Below are positions 9,847-17,997 of a stretch of 64,000 bases of DNA, piece after piece. Under the pieces are notes generated by a model. It was not told the origin of the DNA and did not search any database. It saw nothing but the letters and a program-made list of their open reading frames with translations. The stretch is from Oscillospiraceae bacterium (GTDB lineage: Bacteria > Bacillota > Clostridia > Oscillospirales > Acutalibacteraceae). Each line of letters begins with the position of its first letter. The stretch's first letter is position 1. Made by a program: the position numbers and the translations under genes. The stretch lies in contig JAISBE010000012.1 in assembly GCA_031266365.1 (NCBI GenBank), positions 445-64,444 on the forward strand, written 5' to 3'.

Positions 9847-10245
9847 TCAAAAACTTTTATCGCCATTTTTTAATGGATGCTCACATTCATAGCCATGCAC
9901 ATCTTTTACTTGGCCCTTCCCATCTGTGGCATATATGCCATTATAAGTCAATATTAGCGATCCATTATTATAGCCGCCAGAAACATATTGCAGCAGCATA
10001 TCGTCGTTTGAATCTAGTTCCGCGGACTTATTCATAGCTAAATATCGATTCAATATTTTTCTGAAATCGCGGTAAGAAAGCTTGTCAAAATATGCCTTTG
10101 CTATTTCATATTTTTCTCTATCGGAAAGGTTAGAGCTAAAATCTCTTTTCAGTTGCTCATCTCGCTCAAGCTCTTCAAAAAACTTTTCTATTTCCTTGCT
10201 TTTCAGTTCTTTTAAAAAATCTTCTATTTCATTTTTCATACACAT
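9847..10245 (-). CDS. Nif11-like long-leader GG peptide precursor
   Basis: Leader ...FLKELKSKEIEKFFEELERDEQLKRDF...DDMLLQYVSGG, then a roughly 43-aa core YNNGSLILTYNGIYATDGKGQVKDVHGYECEHPLKNGDKSF. The second ATG at 10239 is an alternative start. Confidence 0.5.
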   Translation of the reverse strand: MCMKNEIEDFLKELKSKEIEKFFEELERDEQLKRDFSSNLSDREKYEIAKAYFDKLSYRDFRKILNRYLAMNKSAELDSNDDMLLQYVSGGYNNGSLILTYNGIYATDGKGQVKDVHGYECEHPLKNGDKSF

Positions 10246-10745
10246 CTTTCACATGCCGTACTTTTCAAAAACTTTACTGAACTTTAGGATATATCATGCA
10301 TAAGAACTATATTTAGCAAACAATTTATTTAATCACTAAATACTGGCATGCTTATTGACCTCCTATTTCTTCATATTAAATTGCGCATCCCATCCTTATT
10401 AATTTTATATGATGAACTTTTTATTTAATTCAGATATCTTTTGCATATATCAACTCAATTTTCAATATTTCCATTTTTATTATATATTATTTGCGAGTAT
10501 ATTGTCAAGTGTTTTATATAAATTATATAAATTATTTTGCTTGTCGAGCCATTAATCTCTTATTTCAAATTTTAATCATTTACTTTAAATCAAAAACAAT
10601 GTAAAATTATATTATAGCCAAGTTTTGTTTATAGTTTACCTTACATATATAAACTACAGCTAAACCAAAAGCACAATAAAAATGTTAAAAATCGCTTTTA
10701 AATTTATTAATAGAAACGATTGCCATGAACAGAAAGTAGGTTTTT

Positions 10746-12311
10746 ATGAGAAAAACTTTCTACATCACAACCCCAATATACTATCCTTCTAATAAAGCTC
10801 ATATTGGACACAGCTACTGCACCGTCGCAACCGATGCTCTAGCCCGATATAAACGTATGCGCGGCTACGACGTAATATTTTTAACAGGCACCGATGAGCA
10901 CGGCCAAAAAATTGAACAAAAAGCTTTAGAAAAAGGCGTCACACCAAAAAATTACGTTGACGAAATTTCTTTGGAGTTTAAAAAACTTTGGAAATTATTA
11001 AATATTTCTAATGATTATTTCATCCGCACAACGGATATTTCGCATAAAAAAACCGTTCAAAAAATTTTTCGCAATCTATATGATAAAGGGGAAATTTATA
11101 AAGGCAACTACAAAGGCTGGTATTGCACGCCATGCGAAACCTTTTGGAAAGAAAGCCAATTGAACGATGCAAAATGCCCTGACTGTCAGCGCGAGGTACA
11201 ATGGGCTCAAGAAGAAGCTTATTTTTTTAAGCTTTCCGACTATTCAGAAAAACTTCTCTCACTCTACGAAAAAAATCCCAAATTTATACAACCGGAGAGC
11301 CGCAAAAATGAGATGATACAATTTATAAAAAGTGGCCTTGAAGATATATGCGTCAGCCGGACTAGCTTTAAATGGGGCATACCAGTGGATTTTGACGAGA
11401 AACACATAGTATATGTTTGGCTCGACGCGCTAACAAATTATATAACAGCTCTTGGCTATACCAGCGAAGATGACTCCACGTTCAAAAAATTTTGGCCAGC
11501 CGATGTACATTTTGTCGGCAAAGAAATTGTGAGATTTCACACAATTATATGGCCTGCTATTTTAATGGCACTAGATTTGCCAATGCCCAAGCAGGTTTAC
11601 GGGCATGGGTGGCTTCTTTTTGGAGATGGGACTAAAATGTCGAAATCCAAGGGCAATGTTGTTGACCCAACTATATTATGCAAACGCTATGGCGTCGATG
11701 CGATCCGTTACTTTTTGCTGCGAGAGATACCTTTTGGTGCAGACGGCCTTTTCACCAATCATGCACTGATAAGCCGTATCAATTCAGACCTCGCCAACGA
11801 CCTCGGCAACCTGCTTTCACGCGCAACTGCAATGATAGAAAAGTACTTTTCAGGGGAGCTTCCAACCGAGCAAAAGGCTGATGTTTTGGATGAAAATTTA
11901 ATTAAGCTTTCTCGAGAGGTCTGCAATTCAGTGGAAAACAGTATGGATGAATTTCAATTTTCTTCTGCGTTATCGGATATTTGGAAATTAGTTGCATATT
12001 TAAATCGATACATCGAAGAAACCGTTCCGTGGAATCTCGCAAAAGACCCCTCAAAGCAAGGTCGCCTTGCCCGGGTACTTTATAATCTTTGTGAAGCCTT
12101 CCGGATAATATCGATTTTGCTGGCACCGTTTCTCCCCGAAACTTCCCAGAGAATACGCGAACATTTATCCTTAAAAAGTTCCACTTTAAGCTGGGGAGAT
12201 GCAAAAGTTTGGGGTTTACTCCCCCAAAATTCAAAAATCAGCAAAACTGAGGCTCTTTTCCCGAGGATTGATATAGAAAAAGAGATTGAAGCGCTGAATA
12301 AACTATTATAA
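10746..12311 (+). CDS. metG: methionine--tRNA ligase (short form)
   Basis: 521 aa with HIGHSY and KMSKS motifs and a Cys knuckle CTPCETF...CPDC. Confidence 0.93.
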   Translation: MRKTFYITTPIYYPSNKAHIGHSYCTVATDALARYKRMRGYDVIFLTGTDEHGQKIEQKALEKGVTPKNYVDEISLEFKKLWKLLNISNDYFIRTTDISHKKTVQKIFRNLYDKGEIYKGNYKGWYCTPCETFWKESQLNDAKCPDCQREVQWAQEEAYFFKLSDYSEKLLSLYEKNPKFIQPESRKNEMIQFIKSGLEDICVSRTSFKWGIPVDFDEKHIVYVWLDALTNYITALGYTSEDDSTFKKFWPADVHFVGKEIVRFHTIIWPAILMALDLPMPKQVYGHGWLLFGDGTKMSKSKGNVVDPTILCKRYGVDAIRYFLLREIPFGADGLFTNHALISRINSDLANDLGNLLSRATAMIEKYFSGELPTEQKADVLDENLIKLSREVCNSVENSMDEFQFSSALSDIWKLVAYLNRYIEETVPWNLAKDPSKQGRLARVLYNLCEAFRIISILLAPFLPETSQRIREHLSLKSSTLSWGDAKVWGLLPQNSKISKTEALFPRIDIEKEIEALNKLL

Positions 12312-12631
12312 CACCCTGGGGTTCCATGTCATTCCTCTATTATTGTAGTAAGGGTTGTTATAGTGCTCAGTTACAGTTCCATCCGAAGTGACTCTGTAAA
12401 TCTTAAATTCACCCTTCATTTTAGTCGTGCAGGGCCCTTCAGCTGATTGCAAATCATTCACTATTTTATCAATAACTGTTTGCGGCTGGCCTTTTAATTG
12501 CTCGCCAACATAATCAGCATATGTTCCCGATTCATCACTTCTGTCAACGCGCGTGAACTTATAAACAATATCATTTCCTTCTTAAACACTACTTTCGAGA
12601 CGATACCCTCCTCCGCTTTAAGTTTATCCAT
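12306..12631 (-). pseudogene. frameshifted small gene (unknown function)
   Basis: GGGAGGG RBS plus ATG at 12631 opens MDKLKAEEGIVSKVVFKK..., which stops after 38 codons. A second frame continues without any start codon as EGNDIVYKFTRVDRSDESGTYADYVGEQLKGQ...RGMTWNPRVL, reaching a stop at 12306-12308. Confidence 0.35.
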
Positions 12632-12710
12632 CGCATTGCCCTCCCTATATTGCAAATTATCATATTTATATTCACGCGCATTATAATATAATTATTTAAG
12701 GACCATGGTT

Positions 12711-13460
12711 ATGTACATACGCACAGAAGGTCTCATAGTAATGGAACAGAATATAGGAGAAAAAGATAAACTCTTAACCATTTTGACAAAATGTGAAGGG
12801 CTAATCCGCGTATTTGCGCGCGGTGTGAAAAGCTTTCTCAATCGCAATGCCTCTGCAACGCAGCTTTTTTGCTATTCTGATTTAATATTATATAAAACTA
12901 AGGATAAATACGTTTTAACCGAAGCGAGTGCAAAAGTGCTATTTTTTGATCTCCGAAACGATATCGAAAAGCTCTCTTTGGCAGAATACTTTTGCGAATT
13001 AACCATCGCCTTAACGTCACATAATCACGAAATTGGCGACATTTTAAGCCTAATTTTAAACTCATTTCATTACCTGCAGACTGGAAAAATTTGCGCAAAT
13101 TTACTCAAACCTATTTTCGAAATAAAAATTCTATGTTTTTCCGGATATACGCCAAATCTTATTTGCTGCAAAGACTGTGCCGCCTACTGTGCATCGACAT
13201 TTTATTGGATTTTAAAAGAAGGCTCGATTTTTTGCGAAAATTGCTTTAAAAATCATTTTGCTCCAGGTTTGACGCTACACAGTGCTCCCTTAGCCGCCTT
13301 ACGCCACATTATTTACGCTGAGCCTAAAAAAACATTTTGGTTTGAACTTTCCTACGAAAGCAAAAAAGAACTAATTTACGCAGCAGAGCAGTATATTCTC
13401 TATTGCCTTGAAAAAGAGTTAAAAACGCTCGATTTTTACAATTTAATCGCTCAAAACTAA
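12711..13460 (+). CDS. recO: DNA repair protein RecO
   Basis: About 249 aa with an OB-fold-like N-terminus (MYIRTEGLIVMEQNIGEKDKLLTILT) and a C-terminal Cys cluster CCKDCAAYC...FCENC. The second ATG has the better RBS spacing. Confidence 0.82.
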   Translation: MYIRTEGLIVMEQNIGEKDKLLTILTKCEGLIRVFARGVKSFLNRNASATQLFCYSDLILYKTKDKYVLTEASAKVLFFDLRNDIEKLSLAEYFCELTIALTSHNHEIGDILSLILNSFHYLQTGKICANLLKPIFEIKILCFSGYTPNLICCKDCAAYCASTFYWILKEGSIFCENCFKNHFAPGLTLHSAPLAALRHIIYAEPKKTFWFELSYESKKELIYAAEQYILYCLEKELKTLDFYNLIAQN

Positions 13461-13821
13461 ACTTCGACCAACCAGCAATAAATCAAATACAATATCAAAA
13501 TAAGTTAAGATTTTTGGCATAGTGAACAATAATTTTCCGCCAATATTTTGACAATAAAAATATTTTTTTAATTCAATTGCAAAATTTGTAAATATATAAT
13601 ATATTATGTATTATAATGTCTATTTTTAGACTTTACTGTAAATAAATACAATTTAAGCCTAATTTAATTATCATTTATCCATCTTTTTGAATATTTTATC
13701 ACAATATCTCCTATTTATTAATTTTATAATAATATTTTATAGTTAAATTTTATAATATTTGTAAATATGCCGTAAAAATAGCAAAAAATCTAAAAAATAC
13801 AAAATCCGCGTTATTTAGCTC

Positions 13822-13850
13822 TTGACATCAAGAATAAATTATAGTAAAAT
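13822..13850 (+). promoter_or_regulatory. promoter candidate ahead of the cassette array
   Basis: TTGACA (13822-13827), 17-nt spacer, TAAAAT (13845-13850). Confidence 0.3.
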
Positions 13851-13915
13851 TAAATTAATATTTGATCAAATAGAAAACTATTATAATTTATAAAAACATG
13901 AAAGGAAGTATACCC

Positions 13916-14500
13916 ATGAACATTAATTTTCGTAAACTCAAAAACTCTTTATTAAGCCTCGGCTTAAGTGCTACCTTATTTTCTGCCTCCGGCCTAAAGA
14001 CGCTTGCTGAGCCGTTATCCCTGAGCTTTGTCAAGCAGCAGCTGAAGGACCTCCTCCCTGCCCCGACGGCGCCCCCTGATGAAATGGCGCGTGGTGTGCG
14101 TCTGCTACTAACGCGTGCGAGCCTATTTACACATGAGGGAGCCCAGCGGCAGGTTAAAGATGCCGATGGTCGAATCAGTAAGACGGAGGAGTGGGCTTCC
14201 GTTGTACGCTTGAATGCCGACACTTTCTACGTTAATACGCATAACTTAGCGAACGTGGCTGGAGTCGCGAAGTCTACGGTGAACGCGCGTCTGAAGGCAG
14301 CAAAAGTAATAAGAGTTTTTCTTACAGAGTCAGATATACGCTATGTGGAGGGGATAGTACCGACTCGCATCAGATCGAACTATTGGAGAAAAAGCACTCT
14401 AACGGCGGCTCCACCCATAGCGGCGCATGCACTGTTTCCCGACAAAGACTCTTCTGATGGCACAACTTGGGAGGAACAATTCGATTTAGCTGATGAATGA
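13916..14500 (+). CDS. cassette protein U1: Sec signal peptide plus GC-rich variable domain
   Basis: AAAGGAAG RBS 7 nt before the ATG. MNINFRKLKNSLLSLGLSATLFSASGLKTLA|EP. The upstream ATG is ACG or out of frame in sister cassettes, so the second ATG is used. Acidic aromatic tail TWEEQFDLADE. Confidence 0.7.
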   Translation: MNINFRKLKNSLLSLGLSATLFSASGLKTLAEPLSLSFVKQQLKDLLPAPTAPPDEMARGVRLLLTRASLFTHEGAQRQVKDADGRISKTEEWASVVRLNADTFYVNTHNLANVAGVAKSTVNARLKAAKVIRVFLTESDIRYVEGIVPTRIRSNYWRKSTLTAAPPIAAHALFPDKDSSDGTTWEEQFDLADE

Positions 14501-14521
14501 GCTGTGAGATGAAAACATCTT

Positions 14522-14542
14522 AATCGGGGGTACCCCCCGATT
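14522..14542 (+). repeat. cassette 3' palindrome (hairpin) after U1
   Basis: AATCGGGGGTACCCCCCGATT, a near-perfect inverted repeat. It is followed by the conserved CTTCACACCCCACCGCATTTAATTTAAATAAAAAATT. Confidence 0.75.
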
Positions 14543-14614
14543 CTTCACACCCCACCGCATTTAATTTAAATAAAAAATTAATATAATTTATAAAAACACG
14601 AAAGGAAGTTACCC

Positions 14615-15274
14615 ATGAACCTTAATTTTCGTAAACTTAAAAACTCCTTATTAAGCCTCGGCTTAAGCGCTACCTTATTTTGCACCGCCGGCCTGGCCGG
14701 AGTGCCCGCTTCAGCTAACGACCCGAACCCAGAGGCAACCAGTGCGTACCAACGGAAGGTAGTAACTATGCAGTACCGGAGCACAGCCGAGGGCGGAGAG
14801 TTTGCCAACCTGTCCGACTGGTTACACCAAGTCACAGACATGTCCACAGAGGCCAGAGAACAGGGAGCTGAGGTGGGCATATACTGGCAGGTCCGCGACC
14901 AGGTACTGTGCCTGAACTCGCAGATCCTGGCGGGCGATTTAGGTATTAAAGTTAACACGCTGAATAAACGACTGAAAGGGACATGCGGTCCGGCGCAGCC
15001 CTTAACGGTAGCACAAGTGAAAGAGATGGGGTACGCGAAACCAAGGAGCTGGTGCAAACGCGCTTTTTGGCCCAAGCGCACGACCCGCATGGTCGAGCCG
15101 CCGACGGCAGCGTGGATTCAAGGACCCGGGGCAAGCCTCGGCCGCCTGGCGACCGCCATCGCTGCCCCTGCACCGGCGCAACCGTTAGCCCCTCCGGTCT
15201 GTATCAGCCCTCAAATTGAAGATCATGATACGGACGGTTTGAATGACTGGGATCCTGACTTTGGATGGACTTGA
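14615..15274 (+). CDS. cassette protein U2
   Basis: MNLNFRKLKNSLLSLGLSATLFCTAGLAGVPASA|NDP. GC-rich body. Tail DWDPDFGWT. Closest paralogue is U3. Confidence 0.7.
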   Translation: MNLNFRKLKNSLLSLGLSATLFCTAGLAGVPASANDPNPEATSAYQRKVVTMQYRSTAEGGEFANLSDWLHQVTDMSTEAREQGAEVGIYWQVRDQVLCLNSQILAGDLGIKVNTLNKRLKGTCGPAQPLTVAQVKEMGYAKPRSWCKRAFWPKRTTRMVEPPTAAWIQGPGASLGRLATAIAAPAPAQPLAPPVCISPQIEDHDTDGLNDWDPDFGWT

Positions 15275-15288
15275 CCCTGAAAAATCTT

Positions 15289-15309
15289 AATCAAGGGTAC
15301 CCCCCGATT
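15289..15309 (+). repeat. cassette 3' palindrome after U2 (imperfect)
   Basis: AATCAAGGGTACCCCCCGATT, in the same position relative to the conserved tail. Confidence 0.65.
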
Positions 15310-15381
15310 CTTCACACCCCACCGCATTTAATTTAAATAAAAAATCATTATAATTTATAAAAACACGAAAGGAAGTTACCC

Positions 15382-16071
15382 ATGAACCTTAATTTTCGTA
15401 AACTTAAAAACTCCTTATTAAGCCTCGGCTTAAGTGCTACCTTATTTTGCACCGCCGGCCTGGCCGGCTTACCCGTTTTCGCTACCGACCCGAACCCAGA
15501 GGAAACCAGGGCGTACCGACAGACTGTAAAAGCTATGCTGTACCCGCGCACACCCACGGGCGTACAGTTTGACACCATGCAAGACTGGTTACACGGAGTA
15601 GCGGACGTGTCCACAGTGGCCAGAGCGCGTGGGGCTGTGGTGGGCATATTCTGGCGGGTCCCAGGTAGGGAATTGTGCCTAAACAAGCATATCATGGCGA
15701 GCGATTAAGGTCTTAAAGTTAACACGGTGGCGAAACGACTGAAACTGGTTAGATCCGGTCCGGCGCGTCGCTTACCGGTAGAACTCGCGATAATGCTGGG
15801 TGGCGCGAACCCAACGCACTGGTCCCGCCGCGCTTTCTGGCACGAGCCAAGACCCCCCGTGGGCGTGACACAAGCGGCAAACGGGGAAGCACTAGCCGAG
15901 GCGAGCCAAGGCCCGCTCGCGATACCACGAGCGGCCAATGCATCGGCAACAGCGTTAGCCCTTCCTGCCTCTACCAGCCCTGAAATTCAAAATTATGACT
16001 GGGATCTCGACGATACACCCTTTAGAGAGTACCCTGACCCGCATGACGACGCGGACGACTTTTGGCGCTGA
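15382..16071 (+). pseudogene. cassette U3, interrupted by one in-frame TAA (15706-15708)
   Basis: The two track ORFs (15382..15708 and 15727..16071) are in the same frame. U2 has GAT TTA GGT ATT AAA GTT AAC where U3 has GAT TAA GGT CTT AAA GTT AAC. Confidence 0.65.
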
Positions 16072-16167
16072 GCCGGGTCGGTCACGGCACCCTGGTGGAC
16101 TAACTGCGTAAGTGCCGGCAGCACGCCCAACCACCGGACTGGGATAAGCTTGAAAATGAAACATCGT

Positions 16168-16189
16168 AATCGGGGGTACCCCCACGATT
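16168..16189 (+). repeat. cassette 3' palindrome after U3
   Basis: AATCGGGGGTACCCCCACGATT. Confidence 0.7.
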
Positions 16190-16262
16190 CTTCACACCCC
16201 ACCGCATTTAATTTAAATAAAAAATTATTATAATTTATAAAAACATGAAAGGAAGTATACCC

Positions 16263-16982
16263 ATGAACATTAATTTTCGTAAACTCAAAAACTCTTTATT
16301 AAGCCTCGGCTTAAGCGCCACCTTATTTTGCACCGCCGGCCTGGCCGGCTTACCCGTTTTCGCTACCGACCCGATACGCGAAGTGGCCTTAAGGGAATGC
16401 GTTATCGGAATCGGAAGGGGGGCAATCAGGTACAGCCGCGGAAAGGCTAGGGCCGTATTTGTAGCTATTGTGAATCAACTAGTAAACCTTGCGTCAGTGG
16501 CTGCCAAGCGTGGAGTCATCGGTCCAGATGGACGGCCAGTGCCGCTACATTGCGTACTACCACTAATCCCGCTGGGACGCGGCGCATTCATGGTGCATAC
16601 ACAACTGCTAGCTGAGGTCGCGAAGGTAAGTAAATCTTCGGTTAACTCAAACTGGTGCGCAATAGGTTATAACAGCTCAACGCCGACTCCCGCGCAGATA
16701 GCACAACTAGAGATGCAACCACACCAGTGTCGGAGCTGGACGGTCCGCACGCTACGGACACCCGAATCTACCGGCGAACCGGAGGTCCACGCCGACGAGG
16801 CGCACACGGATGCTCCGACAAGCACACCAGGGGGATCCTTCGCGCAGGCTGACTGGCCGGAACTCTCGCTACCCGAGCAACCCGAGGGCTACGACCCATT
16901 AGCAGACACAGACACTGGGAGCGGCGAATACGGCTTTTTTGAACGTGACGTCGCTACCGAAGACCAAAGGTGGCTTTTTTGA
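16263..16982 (+). CDS. cassette protein U4
   Basis: MNINFRKLKNSLLSLGLSATLFCTAGLAGLPVFA|TDPIRE... Paralogue of U5. Contains ...SKSSVNSNWCAIGY...CRSWTVRTL. Confidence 0.7.
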   Translation: MNINFRKLKNSLLSLGLSATLFCTAGLAGLPVFATDPIREVALRECVIGIGRGAIRYSRGKARAVFVAIVNQLVNLASVAAKRGVIGPDGRPVPLHCVLPLIPLGRGAFMVHTQLLAEVAKVSKSSVNSNWCAIGYNSSTPTPAQIAQLEMQPHQCRSWTVRTLRTPESTGEPEVHADEAHTDAPTSTPGGSFAQADWPELSLPEQPEGYDPLADTDTGSGEYGFFERDVATEDQRWLF

Positions 16983-17065
16983 CCTTGCCGTCGCTCCCGA
17001 CGACCCTTGGCCTGTACTTAGTCCCAGTGGTTCAAAAGAACCCTTTTAAATGAAAAATTGTAATC

Positions 17066-17079
17066 GGGCGCTCTCGCCC
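17066..17079 (+). repeat. cassette 3' hairpin after U4 (different sequence, same position)
   Basis: GGGCG-CTCT-CGCCC followed by ATTTTTCACACCCAACCGCATTTAATTTAAAT. The stem sequence is replaced but pairing is preserved, and a T-run follows. Confidence 0.6.
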
Positions 17080-17155
17080 ATTTTTCACACCCAACCGCAT
17101 TTAATTTAAATAAAAAATTATTATAATTTACAAAAACATGAAAGGAAGTATACCC

Positions 17156-17884
17156 ATGAACCTTAATTTTTGTAAACTTAAAAGCTCCTTATTAAGCCTC
17201 GGCTTAAGTGCCACCTTATTTTGCTCCAGCCTGGCCTGCTTCCACGTTTCCGCTAACGACCCGATACGCGAAAAGGATTTAAGGGCACAACTTATCGAAC
17301 TCAAAAGAAAAGCCGCGCCAGTCAAGTATCAGCGCGGACGGGCTGGGGCCGTATTTGCAGCTCTTTGGAATGAACTACTAACAATTGCGAATGAGGCTGC
17401 CGCGAGTGGAGTCATAGATGAAGCCGGAAGGCCAGTGCCGCTGCATACCGTACTATCACTAATACGGCTGGGGCCGACAGCATTCGCAATGAACACACCC
17501 GCCCTAGCGAAGGACTTAGGGAGAAGTAAATCTTGTGTTAACAACCAGTTGTGGAAACTAGGTTATACCAGCTCTCCGCTGACTACCGAGCATATGGCAC
17601 AACTAGGGATGCGACCACACCAGTGTCGGAGCTGGACGGTCCGCACGCTCTGCCCACCCGAAAATACCGGCGAAGATGGGGGCTCTGCCGACGAGGCACT
17701 CACGAGTAATCCCCCAGAATCAACCGGCGACTCCTTCGCGCCCGCTGAATGGCCGAGACTATCGCTACCCGATCGACCCGCGGGCGCGGGCCGCTTGGCA
17801 CTCACAGACACTGGGCGAGGCGACGGTGGCTTTTTTGCCCTTGACCATGCTCCAGCCGGCGCCAGCTGGTTTGACCTTTACTGA
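17156..17884 (+). CDS. cassette protein U5
   Basis: MNLNFCKLKSSLLSLGLSATLFCSSLACFHVSA|NDPIRE... Contains LAKDLGRSKSCVNNQLWKLGY...CRSWTVRTL. Tail ASWFDLY. Confidence 0.7.
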   Translation: MNLNFCKLKSSLLSLGLSATLFCSSLACFHVSANDPIREKDLRAQLIELKRKAAPVKYQRGRAGAVFAALWNELLTIANEAAASGVIDEAGRPVPLHTVLSLIRLGPTAFAMNTPALAKDLGRSKSCVNNQLWKLGYTSSPLTTEHMAQLGMRPHQCRSWTVRTLCPPENTGEDGGSADEALTSNPPESTGDSFAPAEWPRLSLPDRPAGAGRLALTDTGRGDGGFFALDHAPAGASWFDLY

Positions 17885-17904
17885 GCTTAGGAATGAAAAA
17901 TCTT

Positions 17905-17925
17905 AGCCGAGGGTTACCCCCGATT
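17905..17925 (+). repeat. cassette 3' palindrome after U5 (degenerate)
   Basis: AGCCGAGGGTTACCCCCGATT followed by CCTCACACCCCACTGCATTTAATTTAAAT. Confidence 0.55.
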
Positions 17926-17997
17926 CCTCACACCCCACTGCATTTAATTTAAATAAAAAATCATTATAATTTATAAAAACACGAAAGGAAGTTACAC

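Noticed and set aside
12498-12686. 62-aa + strand ORF between metG and recO.
   Set aside because: It lies antisense to the better-signalled, though frameshifted, - strand gene at 12306-12631. It has no RBS.
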